This document shows, piece after piece, positions 24,879 to 38,206 of a stretch of 64,000 nucleotides of DNA; within the stretch, counting starts at the first letter, position 1, and every line of letters begins with the position of its first letter. Made by a program: the position numbers and the translations under genes. The DNA comes from Octopus sinensis (Eukaryota). The stretch lies in assembly GCF_006345805.1 (NCBI RefSeq), contig NC_043005.1, positions 79,236,001-79,300,000 on the forward strand, written 5' to 3'. The notes beneath the pieces are model-generated. The model saw only the letters and a program-made list of their open reading frames with translations, was not told the DNA's origin and made no database searches.

Positions 24879-25269
24879 GACGGTGAGCTGGCAGAAACGT
24901 TAGCACGCCGGGCGAAATGCTTAGCGGCATTTCGTCTGCCGCTACGTTCTGAGTTCAAATTCCGCCGAGGTCGACTTGGCCTTTCATCCTTTCGGGGTCG
25001 ATTAAATAAGTACCAGTTACGCTCTGGGGTCGATGTAATCGACTTAATCCGTTTGTCTGCCCTTGTTTGTCCCCTCTATGTTTAGCCCCTTGTGGGTAGT
25101 AAAGAAATAGTTATTCCGTCTGTCTTTACGTACTGAGTTCAAATTCCGCCGTGGTCGACTTTGTCTTTCATCCTTTCGCGGTCGATAAATTAATTAGCAG
25201 TTACGTACTGGCGTTAATCTAATCGATTGGCCCCCTCCCCACAAATTTCTGGCCTTGTGCCTACAGTAG
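24879..25269 (+). mobile_element. SINE B (24879-25109) fused to a headless SINE C unit (25110-25269)
   Basis: B tail AGTAAAGAAATA joined directly to GTTATTCCGTCTG...GAGTTCAAATTCC...AAATTTCTGGCCTTGTGCCTACAGTAG. Confidence 0.92.
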
Positions 25270-25972
25270 GGTGCTATGTTGGGTTTGGGTAGTGTTTAAG
25301 TAACACTCCTGCATCTAATCACTGACCTCTTCTCCTGCTGTTGTCAAAGAGTATCCATTTCCCATCACAAGTAATGATTTGATGCAAAAGTGATTTTGCC
25401 AGTCGAGAAAGCAATAAAGAGCAGACTTCGAGGCGTCTGTGGTTTTAAATCGCGTTCAGTTGATGCGGAACGAACTTATCTGCCTTCTTGTCTTTTCCAT
25501 TTTTATACAGGTGTCCAAAACTTGTGCGAGATGTTTGGATTTCTGATTGAAGTCTTCGTACATTTATTCCCGGATTTTGTTGAACCAAAGCATTTAATCC
25601 ATCATGCCGAATAACTGATTTTGGTTTACCTTTTCGTTTATTTTCAAGGCTATCATCTCCTGAACAAGAGCTGTGGAACCAACTCTGAACAGCTTTGATG
25701 TCAAAAAAGCCATTACCAAAAGCACGCATGATATTCCTTAGAGCTTCTGCCGCAGAGTGACCCAGTTTATACTCTTACTAGAAAACCACTCAACATAGTT
25801 TGGTTGTTATCATTTTCATATGGTCTGTGGGTACGAATTTTGTATATCAATATTATTGGGAAAGAAAAAGAGTCAAGACTAAATGCAAAGTATACATAAT
25901 TGAGTTTTTAAATGACATAAATAACAAGTAATTAAAAATGCGACATTTCATGTGAAAAAACTTAGTATATAT
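25270..25972 (-). mobile_element. Mariner 5' half (probable TIR remnant, HTH, first catalytic D)
   Basis: ORF 25445-25729 AFG..VQSWF..SGDDSLE..GKPKS..LNALVQQNP..KKADKFVPHQLN; then ITCDGKWILFDNSRRRGQ*LDA and KHYPNP; AATGTCGCATTTTT TIR-like stretch near 25935. Confidence 0.88.
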
Positions 25973-26079
25973 TAATCTTTAATCCTTAAATTGTTTCAGC
26001 TTCAAAGCTGTGGTCTTACTGTGGCACCACCGTTTACTGTACTGCGCAAATATTTGAAACCTCCTCTAATACGTGGAAC

Positions 26080-26552
26080 ATGGTGAATGAGGGAAATTGA
26101 TGCCGCTGCTCTCATCTGTGTTTCCGGCCGTGAGGTTGGCTTATCTGGAATCCTTGACAGAAGTTATCCAGTTTTACTTTCAAGACACCAACATCCACAA
26201 CTTGCAGGGCCTCAGGCATTTCTAGGAGGATATTGAAGACCTGTGGAGCCTTCCAACCCAAGTTGTTGCAGTATCTGTTCCTGTGTTTCGATTGAATTGC
26301 TGGGATTTTGGGCAATTCGCAGTGGTGCCCCTTTCTGCTTCTTGCGTAACTTTCAATGATAAAGATGTATATTACCACAATTATTTTCCCGACTTCATTC
26401 TAAGGAGAAGAATTTTAATTCTTCCAGTTTTTCTCAGTAGCTGATACGATGCGTTGAGACGAATTTCTTTGTGTAGCTTTGTAGCATTGCTTCGTGTTCT
26501 ACCGTTAATTTTATATTGTATGGTGACCATAGTTGGGAGTAAGAATCCAAGT
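26080..26552 (-). mobile_element. CR1-clade LINE 3' fragment, degenerate
   Basis: SQLWSP..LQSYTKK..SY*EKLEELKF; ORF 26112-26378 KAPQVFNIL..KVKLDNF, homologous to the C-terminus at 39611-40351. Confidence 0.75.
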
Positions 26553-27473
26553 GGCGGAGGACGATTGCCCTCCAAGGCACCATCATCGTCTCCTTTTATC
26601 TTTATAAAGAGCACCCCTGAACGCCTTTCTCTTTTCCAAATCATAGGAGTTTTTTTGAACCAGATTAAATACGAGGACTAAGTACTCGCATGTTCTCTTA
26701 TAGCAGTGCATTTACTTAGAGTACGGTCACATAAGTTGAAACAAACTCTCGCTTCGCTATTTCAGTTTCTCATTTTTATTTCGGAATCATTTCGATACGT
26801 TTTTAAAATAGGAAGCAAACGAAGCTCGCCACTCAGTCCCATTGAAGATAACTCCAGCATAATGAGAAACAAACAAAAATATATCTCATTTGAATGCTTC
26901 TTCTATAGAAAACGACAAAATGCTTTTCAGAGTGTGTCTCGGTGCCTTCTCGTACCTGATTCGTCATATTATCTAAAGTAACTTATTTTCTTACACTGGA
27001 AAATGTATGGGGAACTCGCTTATATCTATGTAATAGACAATAGATGATTGTCTGTCTGTGTGTGTGACAGAAATATGTGTGCGAGAGTAGTGTGTATGTG
27101 CATGAGAAGTAATAGATTAGGTGTGTGTATATGTGTGTTGGTATGCCTACTGTGTGTGAACGTATGTCTGTGTTTGTAATTTGTGTACGTACACAGACAA
27201 TTTCTAAGACACCTACGCGAAAATCAAACCCATTTGTGTTTGAATGGATGTATGTATGTATATATGCATGCATGTATATGTGTGTGAGTGTGTGGGGTGC
27301 GTGTGCACATGTGAGTTTGTATAAGCATTATGCATATATATATATATATAATATATATATATTATATATATATAATATATATATACATACATACACACAC
27401 ATGTATATATAGATATATGCGTATATCTGTATTGGCTACAAATATAAATATATATATATATGCATACATATCA

Positions 27474-27508
<35 letters not shown>

Positions 27509-27543
27509 TATATATATATTATATATATATAATATATATATAT

Positions 27544-27593
<50 letters not shown>

Positions 27594-27698
27594 GAGGAGA
27601 GAGAGAGAGATAGAGAGAAAGAGAGAGAGAGAGCTATGAAGAGAGGGAGAAAAAGAGAGAAATAGATAAATAGCTAATTTGATAGATAGATAGATAGC

Positions 27699-27733
<35 letters not shown>

Positions 27734-28086
27734 ATTGGCAGAAAGAGAAAGAAAGAGAGAGGGAGAGAGAGAGAGGCATACTGACAGATAGACAGACAGA
27801 GACAGGCAGACTGAAAGTGACGGTAAGATACAAAGATTAATAGCGATAGAAAGAGGTATAAGTGTTTTTGTAAATTCATGCTTCTGTGCACGATCAAGAA
27901 AGACAGCAGAGAACTATATTAATATCTACATGTATGAATACGTGTATTTATCTACATTCCTGGTCAGACGAAACTAGGCGCATTAACACAAATCATTCGT
28001 GTAGGTATACTCACACATACACATACATACATATATATATATACACAATCATACATTACCATATATATACATACATACATACATAC

Positions 28087-28131
<45 letters not shown>

Positions 28132-28335
28132 CATATGTATACATACATATATATGCATAGATATATGTATGTATATACTTCAATTTCATACATATATGCA
28201 TACACCTATAATTCTATGTAAGTATGTGAGTATGTATATATAAATATATATATATTTGTATGCATTATATGCGATTATATTTTTATGTATATCAACATAC
28301 GTACATATTACATAGATACATACATAGTGTATATG

Positions 28336-28393
<58 letters not shown>

Positions 28394-30284
28394 ATATATG
28401 TGTGTGTATGCATGTATAATTAAAAAATATATATATGTATATATATATACATATAGATACGAACATACTGATACATATATATTCACCTGTCTACTCTATA
28501 CGCGGATGTACTTACATATGAATACATATGTGTATTTTATACGAATGTATGTTTATATGTGTGTGTTTATGGTAATATAATCACATCTAATATATGTGAT
28601 ATGATTAAGATATTGTCCATTGAGTTTGTATACTTATATAGCTGGAAGGCACTTTCAGCTTATTTTCTTCTGACAAAGGAATGACTGAATTTGATTAATG
28701 ATCTGTGTATAAAGAGAGTAAGAGATGGCATCTATCCGATGAACATATCTAAATTTTGGTTTAGAAAATGAACAACAAACATTGTGTGTGAAGTAGAAAA
28801 AAAGAAGCGAAGGTAGAAACACATAAACAGAATCATTGGCAAAGAAGGGAAAATTGTATTAAATAGTGTTTAAAAAGCCAAGATGTTACTAATGGACGAG
28901 CTAAATCAAAAGGAAATCAGTCTCAACAGGATTCCTTTATGATATGGTGTAGAGGTGCCTCACCAAAAGACGAAATATCTTTGTGATGAACAACAGGTAA
29001 GCCATATTCACATGTAACCTGAAGCAGCGTAGTTGTATTCTTTTCAATGCTTACTGCGAAGCTGCATGTACAAGGATTGTATTACGAATGCCAAGCCAAA
29101 CTACAAACATAGACACAAACTATTTAGGAAACGATACAAAAACTTGCAACAAAAATGTATATATAAATAATACAATAATATAATATAATATAACATAATA
29201 TAATATAAGATGAAAACAAAATGGAGAAACAAAATAATAGCTAAGCTGGTTCATATAGCCGCCTGTCCTGCACAGCAGGTTACCTGTCATGTATTTATGA
29301 ATCTTTGCATCTCTTTCTCTCTTTGCTTGTCTCTCTCTATCTCCTCTCTTTCACTCGTTTTCTCTGTCTGTCTCTTTCTTCCTGTCCCTGTATTTCTCTG
29401 CCTTTCTCTCTTTCGTTCTCTTATTGATAACGAAAGACAACCTCACGTTCTCCTCCATTTTACTTTTCATTTCTGTTTGTTTGTGATACGCTGTTTTAGT
29501 TTATTATTTCCCAACTAGCGTCGTTGAAGATTCATCGGTTTGTTTGTAATAATAATATAGCTTTTCCCTCATCTTTAATTCAAATGCTCAAAGGCGTTCG
29601 CTGACTTATTCTTTTTAGAGTAAAGAATACGAGAGAACAAGAGTAAAAGAACAAATAAATAGACGTTGTCAAAAATTGGGGAGTTATATAGTAAAACGAA
29701 AGAAAAAAAAAGAACACAAAACGAAAAGTGAATGAACAACAGAGAAAGAGACATGAAAGAGAAGAGAGCTAAATATAAAGGAAATTATATCTTACGCATG
29801 GCAGATGGAAGAAGAAGACAAAACAAAAACAACCAAAAACACAACAACAAAACAAACAAACATAACAAAAGAAGATTTGAAAATAAGGACCTCGCATTTT
29901 CTCCATCGTTCCATATTCATTTCCTCTAATGATAACCTGGTTAAATTATTTCTTTTATATGTAAGAGCTCACTTATTCAGAACATTAGATCATTGAAGTT
30001 GTTTTCGAAATATATTTAATATTCTTCATAATAGCATTCTTAAAACATATGAACAGATAATATTTTCTTTCAAATGTTTGTGTATGCGTATATATATATA
30101 TTTTTTTTTCGTCTTCTTTTTAATGTAACATTGCTGTCAACGTTTAGAAAACTAAATAGCTATTCCATTTATAAATTCATTTGCAAATTCATTTATGAAA
30201 TTATTTAACATTTGATGTTGGATTATGATATGACCGTTCAAATAGTTTTATAGAAATTAGCCATCTTTTATTTATTCATTGAAT

Positions 30285-30356
30285 GAGCGGTTGGCGGAGT
30301 TGATAACATTTTGTCTGGTAAACGAATAGTCCCGGGTTCATATCTTGTCACCAGCA
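30285..30356 (+). pseudogene. Decayed tRNA-Thr-like sequence (tRNA pseudogene or SINE head), GGT anticodon
   Basis: A-box-like TGGCGGAGTTGA; anticodon arm TTTGT-CTGGTAA-ACGAA; B-box-like GGTTCATATC; acceptor and T stems poor. Confidence 0.45.
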
Positions 30357-30633
30357 ATGCGCTATTTTAGCAGCCGTGTAAATTAATTCATAAATTTGTC
30401 CATCTGATTTCAATCAGATGTGCAAAATTGCGTTATATATATATATATACATATGTATATCTATATATACACACAGAGACATATATGTATATATTACTTT
30501 ACAAGAATGTTGATTGTGTCTTCGAAGTTAGCGTCACCTGACGTTTGCCAGACTGCGTAAACTCCAAAGTTACTGTCACCCTTCTTCTTGTAAAATTATA
30601 ATAGATATGTACTCAAAAAAAGCATTAGGTGTG

Positions 30634-30667
<34 letters not shown>

Positions 30668-30695
30668 ATATAGATATATATATATATATATATAT

Positions 30696-30796
<101 letters not shown>

Positions 30797-30802
30797 AGTG
30801 GA

Positions 30803-31136
30803 AGCTTGAACAAGGAGATGAACTCTCGGGATGTTAAAACATTTATATCGTGAATTCTACGTATATTTCGATGGATGAACTCCAAAATGTCCGACAGGTC
30901 AACAATGCATCAATCTCTTCAGGAAGGATATAAATAACATACACATCAAACAGACATGTTAACACAAACAGATGATGTGTTTGCTATTTATAGTCTTTCT
31001 GATGAGATTGATGCATTACTGACCATACTTTTTCCTCTCGGATATCTTTGGAGTGCATCCGTAGAAAAATTATTATAAGAATTCAAGATATAATTTGTAT
31101 AACAACATCCCGAGAGTTCGTCTCCTTGCTCAATCT
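30803..31136. repeat. Diverged inverted repeat with a hammerhead motif in each arm
   Basis: Arms 30803-30948 and 30973-31136 (outer 33 bp: 3 mismatches). Minus arm TTC-CTGAAGA-GATTGATG..CATCCATC-GAAA-TATACG-TA-GAA; plus arm CTGATGA at 30999-31005 with GATGCA/TGCATC stem. Confidence 0.85.
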
Positions 31137-31369
31137 CCCTATTTTTTTTTACTAAATACGACTTACTATCAAAGCTTGTCTGATTCTTTCCACATTTTGC
31201 GGGGTCTGTACCGTTCGTGGTGTCCACAGACATGGTACAGAATTTCTCAGTACAGAAGACACTTGGTAGTGCTCAAATGATACACACTTAGAATATTAAC
31301 AGGAGATTATTTGAACGGGATAAAGATTGGCTATAAGTGTGATCAAGTTGAGCAGATATAGAAGCTACC

Positions 31370-31476
<107 letters not shown>

Positions 31477-31711
31477 TTACCAGTGAACAGCAATTGACGA
31501 TACCGGTATGATTTTGAATCTCTTTCATAATTCAAAATAATGACTTCTATTCTTGTTAATTCAACTAATTGTTTATAACATCTAATTGTTTAAATTTATC
31601 GTTACTTTTCGTAAAAGAGCCCTTATTTTTTTATATCGAATATGCATTTTTGCGATTTTCTTCTTACTTTCCCTATATGTAGTTTATTCTCTCTTTGAAA
31701 CCTATTCCTAT

Positions 31712-31768
<57 letters not shown>

Positions 31769-32626
31769 ATATATATATATATATACACATACATACATAC
31801 ATACATGCATACATGCATACATACATACATACATATATAATACATACATGCATACATACATACATATATACATACATACATACATACATACATACATACA
31901 TACATACATACATGTGTGTGTGAGTGTTTTAGGAAGAACTTGGTAGTTATATGTATTATTTCATTAAGCGTAAATTTTGCGGGAAGGAAAGCGGGAAAAT
32001 CAGCTTTCCTCGAAGCCGAAGGTCTCAAAATTATATTGAATTGAAAAAAGAAAAGGAAAAAATTCAACAGAAATACATTCGCATATTTTCTTGTATAAAT
32101 AACTGTGATTAATTAATGTTATAATCCTTTAATTTCCACTGAATTTCTATAAGATATTTTATTAAATATTTTATTTAAAATTTAATGACACAGATTGTGT
32201 CCCCGCTCCTGTATATTTAAATGTTCACATATTAAAATAATTCCATTGTTTATAAAATTTCAGCAGCATTTAAAATTTTGTGACAAAAATATGTATTGGA
32301 AGATGCCTCATTGATTTTATCATAAGATATAATTAGAATATTTATCATCGTTTTCCACCAGGAAGTAGAGCATTATAAAATGTTAATCATTGACAATCAA
32401 TTACACGAATGTACATGTAAGTGCAGTTTTCCTTTATTTTTCTCTAAGCTCTAATTCATGTCTGCTTAGTTTATGGGAAAAAGATGTTTCACTTCTCTTC
32501 CTGTGATATTTACACTAGGCTGCCATTAGAAAATAACAAACGTGGATTGGAACGATTCTGTTTCTCTGTTGACGGGTAAAGAAGGCAAAGATGAATTTTA
32601 TTCGATAGTTTATTTCATTCTGTTAT

Positions 32627-32977
32627 TCTTTTAGTCTTTTATTTGTTTCAGTCATTTGACTGCAGCCATGCTGGAGCACCGCCTTGAAGGGTTTCTAGTC
32701 GAAGAAACCGAGCCCAGGACTTTTCTTTGTGAGCCTAGTTCTTTTGCAGAACAAACACACCAGCATCTGTTATCAAGCGATGGCGGGGGAACAAACACAG
32801 ACACACACACATAAAAACACACATACACACACACATACATATACAATGGTTTTCTTTCAGTTTCCGCCCACCAAATCCACTCACGAGGATTTGGTTGGCT
32901 CTAGGCTATAGTAGAAAACAATTGCCCAAGGGGCCATATATTGGGACTGAACCCAGAAGCAAGCTTCTTACAACACA
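32627..32977 (-). mobile_element. SINE family A with internal deletions
   Basis: 3' domain and core match the other copies. Confidence 0.85.
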
Positions 32978-33722
32978 AAAATGTCTTTTTCTCTAATACA
33001 TTTGATTGTAAAAATCTGCGTTTATTTAACTCCTACTATTGCTTCGATTATTCTCGAAATATGGAGCGCATTGTTATGAAGTATTGAAACTTCAAGACGG
33101 CATGGCATCGATGCAATTAGAATGATGCTATTTATATAAGTGTGTGTGTGTGTGTGCAGTTGGTAGAACGGGAAGAGATGGCATATAAATTTTCCTTAAT
33201 AGATGTGAAAGCCCCGTCTAAATAGTTGGAATCAGTCAAGCAATTTCATGATGATTTTGTCGGGGCGACCTGGCGTTGCAGGAGGAGCTCGCTCAAATTT
33301 CGGTCGTCGATGGAATAATACATATCTATCCATTCGCGAAACTATCTATCCGTCCGTCCATCCATCCATCCATACACATCAGCGCGCGCGCACAAACACA
33401 CACACGCGCACAAAAGTAAACACATGATTTGGTAATGCAAAGAGAAAAAAAATGGACCTCAAGACATGAGTATATATAAATGAATATTTTTCGTTAATAT
33501 TTAGCTGAGGCATTAGAGTGACTCTGAGTTTCATGCGTTAGCATGTATCAAGGTAGTCACAGGTCGGAAAGTTGTGTATTCACATAAGCGGTGCTAATGG
33601 TATTTCTCTGGATATTTCTGGAACAGAATTTTAAGAAAACAATTACAATGTCACGGGAATAATACAAAGTTTTCAACTAGCTTACCCGATATGTCGTTCG
33701 ATATATATCTCTTTCTCTTTTT

Positions 33723-34115
33723 CTCTTTTACTTGTTTCAGTCATTTGACTGCGGCCATGCTGGAGCACCGCCTTTAGTCGAGAAATCGACCCTGGGACTT
33801 ATACTTTGTAAGCCCAGTACTTATTCTATCGGTCTCTTTTTGCCGAACCGCTATGTGACGGGGACATAAACACACCAGCATCGGTTGTCAAGCAATGCTA
33901 GGGGCACAAACACAGACACACAAGCACACACATATATGCATATATATATATACGACAGGCTTCTTTCAGTTTCCGTCTACCAAATCCACTCACAAGGCAT
34001 TGGTTGGCCCGAGGCTATAGCAGAAGACACTTGCCCAAGATGCCACGCAGTGGGACTGAACCCGGAACCATGTGGCTGGTAAGCAAGCTACTTACCACAC
34101 AGCCACTCCTGCGCC
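33723..34115 (-). mobile_element. SINE family A, full length
   Basis: Colinear with 21819-22227. Confidence 0.95.
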
Positions 34116-34141
34116 TATATATGTATATATATGTATATATA

Positions 34142-34350
34142 GTTAATCCAAACATGAAAGCACAAAAGAACACAACAACGCGAGGACGTGGAACAAATAT
34201 ATTATTGGACGCTCAGGAAAGAAGGAAAGAAGGAGGGTTTAACGTTTCGAGCGGAGCTCTTCGTCGGAAACATAGGAGAAGGAAAGATCCAGAGAAGGGA
34301 AGACGGAGGGAAAATATCGGCAACGGTAAACACGCGGTCACATTTTGAAT
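34142..34350 (-). mobile_element. Short Penelope-like terminal fragment with a minimal hammerhead (34237-34271)
   Basis: GTTT-CCGACGA-A-GAGC-TCC-GCTC-GAAA-CG-TT-AAAC; homologous copy at 61285-61412. Confidence 0.65.
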
Positions 34351-34376
34351 GTATATATATGTATACACACACACAC

Positions 34377-34424
<48 letters not shown>

Positions 34425-34676
34425 TTTGTTTCACATGAAATATCGCATTTCTAATTACTTACTATTTCAGTCATTTGTATTTCTGTACACATGTATGTAT
34501 GGATGTATTTCTTAATTCAATCATGTACTGAAGATTAAAGTTCATGTTTAATTTTTTTTCTATTGATTGAAGATATCTTAACGGAAAGGACAAATATTAT
34601 ATTACGTCACACGCACACTTCAATTCATCTCTCTGTTTCTTTCCCTTTCTCTCTCTCCCTATATCTATCTATCTAC

Positions 34677-34733
<57 letters not shown>

Positions 34734-34796
34734 AATATTTGTATCTAACCATTTCACGTTCTCTTTACGTATCTAGTAATCTATCTGTATATCAAA

Positions 34797-34836
<40 letters not shown>

Positions 34837-35454
34837 TATATATCATATATATAAATTTGTGTGTATATATATGTTTGTTGTATATACCATATATACTTAT
34901 GCATGTTGGTATATGTATATATGCGTGTATATAGAAGTGTGTGTATGTTTGCGTTAATGTGTGTGCTTTTCAATTACCCAATAAGCAAGCGTAACGCCGT
35001 TCAGTTACGCTTCGGTGGGAAACGCGAATCTTAAAACTATTTCGTTTGTTTCATCACAAAACGTAGATATTAAAATAGTCGTGAATGTATATTCCGATTT
35101 CTCTTCCTAGATACCGTACAATCTCCCTGAGTTCATCCTGCATTTTTGTCCCGCACTCCTCTCTCCCCTTCTCTCCCACCGCTTCTCTCACCCTCCTCTC
35201 TCTCTCTCTCTCACGTCGCGCGCGCTCTGTCTCTCTCGCGCACTCTCTCTCTCTCTCCATTCATCCTTCTCGTATTCCCGCTATTTTGTCTTTCAGTTTT
35301 CTGTACTGTTTACTGTTTTTCTAGTTGTCTTATTTTATTTTATTGATAGTTCAAACCATTGCGTTACGTTTCAAACAGTTTATTTTTACTTTGTTTGGTT
35401 GAACTTTTCATTCTTCAACTAAAGACACACATACAAGTGTATACAAACAATATA

Positions 35455-35470
35455 TATATATCTATATCTA

Positions 35471-35547
<77 letters not shown>

Positions 35548-35635
35548 GTCTATCTATGTATATATATATATATATATAGATAGATAGATAGATATATCTA
35601 TATCTATCTATCTATCTATCTCTCTCTCTATATAT

Positions 35636-35690
<55 letters not shown>

Positions 35691-35777
35691 TAGATACAGA
35701 TATAGATATACATACATATACATATATATATAGATAGATAGATAGATATATAGATATACATACATACATATACATAT

Positions 35778-35808
<31 letters not shown>

Positions 35809-35830
35809 TACATATATACATACATACATA

Positions 35831-35886
<56 letters not shown>

Positions 35887-35890
35887 GTAT
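35455..35890. repeat. Compound (TATC)n/(GATA)n/(TA)n array with inverted GATA blocks
   Basis: Directly visible. Confidence 0.95.
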
Positions 35891-36989
35891 AAGGATATTT
35901 GTTGTAAACTATAAAAGAACTTTCAGGAATTTTATGATTTCCTTCTCTCCTTTTCTCTGTTTCTTTAACTCACTTTGTGTGTATGTGTATGCACACTAAC
36001 ACACACACACAGGCACGCAGACACACAAGCACACATGCATATATATGAGTATGCTTCTATGTGTATATTATTTGTGTTCATGTTTATATTATACGTACAG
36101 AAGTGTATATATATTTGTATATATATATAACTATATATATATATATACATACATATATATGTGTGTGTGTGTGGATATATATATATATATATATATAAAT
36201 ATTCACACATACGCACTTATTGACGCGCATACATATACATACATATATACATACATATATTTACATATCCACATACTCAATGCGAGATGTAAACATACAC
36301 ACGTCCTACACTCTGTCGCTTCTTTCATTCCTTTTTTCCCTACTAACATTTCTGATTATATTTAAGTGTTTTGTACGTTGCGGAATATATTTTGTTTGTT
36401 CGTTATGATACACTATTGCAGCTTTTCAATTCTGGCCAATCGCACTCTTAACGGAAAATTTAATCTTAGCCTTCGGCTCGGATCCTCTACAGCAATCCTC
36501 TTGACCTTTCTTTAAAAAGCCGTTCGAAGAACGAAATACGCAAATAATTAGTTTGTTAAATGTGGTCGGTGTATTTTTCTCGGCCCTTAAAACTGAGCTC
36601 GATAAAATGATGTATTTTTTAATGTTATGTTTTTGTCCAGGGTTTTCTTCAATTATTTTCTTCTTGTTATTATATAACAGATTTCAAAGATTAAAGTAGT
36701 AACAAAATTGTTTTCCTTAGAATTTTCTCTTATCTTTGTAGTTTTATTTTCTCTTTCTTCTTTTCTTTCTATATTATTTTTTTTTCATAATTTCTGTAAA
36801 CAGTCAATACAATTTTTTTTCTCTTGTATTTAAAATGTTTAATATAATATTTTTTTATTGAGAAAAACTTTGTTATTTGTAACGAACAAGATTTCTTCCA
36901 TATTCCAACCATACAGTAAATAATAGTTATTGCTGAATTATTTTAGTATCGTTTTTATCTTTAAATATCAGGTTGGTCAGTATTAACCA

Positions 36990-37180
36990 AACGATATTAA
37001 TAATAATAACGATAATAATGTTGATAATGATATTGATGATTACGACCACGATGACGACAGCGGTGATAATGGCGATGATGGTGATGCTGGTGATGATAAT
37101 GATGACGGTGATGAGAATGATGATGATGATGACGATGACGACGATGATAATGACGATGATGATGACTATGATAATGACTT
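36990..37180. repeat. (GAT)n/(AAT)n-rich degenerate trinucleotide array
   Basis: Directly visible; source of the His-rich and Met-rich pseudo-ORFs. Confidence 0.9.
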
Positions 37181-37214
37181 CTATTATGAGCACAAGGAAT
37201 GGATTTTCGAACGA

Positions 37215-37355
37215 AAACAGCTAGGCGATCACATCGACCCAAGTTCTCGATTCGTACTTATTTTATCGAACCCGAAAGGCTGAAAGGCAAAAACCGCCCA
37301 AATGCCGCCAGGCACTTTGTCCGGCGTGCTAACGTTTCTTGCAGCTCACGGCTTT
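37215..37355 (-). mobile_element. SINE B/C fragment with internal deletion
   Basis: CACATCGACCC..GTACTTATTTTATCGAACCCGAAAGGCTGAAAGGCAAA..CCGGCGTGCTAACGTTTC. Confidence 0.7.
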
Positions 37356-37896
37356 TACTAGCATAGATAGAAAGGCTCAGAATTTTATAGTAGGCGCATG
37401 TTGTTGATGATACCGATATTTTTAGATATCTGGTACATAATTTACTTCACAATGGCATGTTTATTTGAGTGAATTCGGAGACATGCTAGTGGCCACGTTG
37501 TGTGGACAATCTTAAAAAGAAAAGTAGAAAAGAAGGCCCATCATCCCGCATCATGCATCTTCGATAGGTCTGTAGTTTTTCATCAGATGAAGACTGAAGA
37601 TAGTTTGCAGTCTTAGGTGATTAGGTGATGGTCTAGGGCTTAGGGGTGGGATAACACAGACCTTGGAAAAAAAAACTTTGGTCGTCTTGTTGTAGTCGAG
37701 GGTTCTTTGTTGACGCCCGACATCACTGGGATTTGACCCTCGAAGTCGCTGGAGATCTCCAGGTCCAAATTCTTGAACAACTGCTGTTGCTGTAGTGTTT
37801 CATCCTTACATCAGCCGTCATCGAGCGGTCATGTTATTAGAGTCATTAGAGCTGTGATCGTTCTATCTCTTTACGATTATCATTTAATGCGGTTTA

Positions 37897-38206
37897 GGCG
37901 GCGAGCTGGCGGAATTGTTAGCACACCAGGCAAAACGCTTGGCGGCTTTTCGTCTGTCTTTTACATTCCGCGTTCAAATTCCACCGAATCCGACTTTGCC
38001 TTTCATCCTTTCGATGTCGATTATTTAAGTACCAGTTACGCACTGAGGTCTATATAATCGACTTAATCCGTTTGTCTGTCCCTGTTTGTCCTCTCTGTGT
38101 TTAGCCCCTTCTGGGTAGTAAAGAAATAGGTATTTCGTCTGCCGTTACGTTGTGAGTTGAAACACTAAAATACCAGGCCCTGTGCCTAATGTAGAAATGA
38201 TTATTT
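37897..38206 (+). mobile_element. SINE B (37897-38128) fused to a headless, internally deleted SINE C unit
   Basis: Tail AGTAAAGAAATA joined to GGTATTTCGTCTGCC..., ending CAGGCCCTGTGCCTAATGTAGAAATGATTATT. Confidence 0.88.

Noticed and set aside
28930-29002. CAG|...CAG|GTAAGC candidate exon
   Set aside because: Stop codons in all three frames.
34986-35030. 9-bp hairpin AAGCGTAAC/GTTACGCTT followed by GAAACGCG
   Set aside because: No CUGANGA core upstream; at most an unrecognisable relic.
36997-37242. His-rich ORF as a metal-binding protein
   Set aside because: Reverse translation of a (GAT)n microsatellite.
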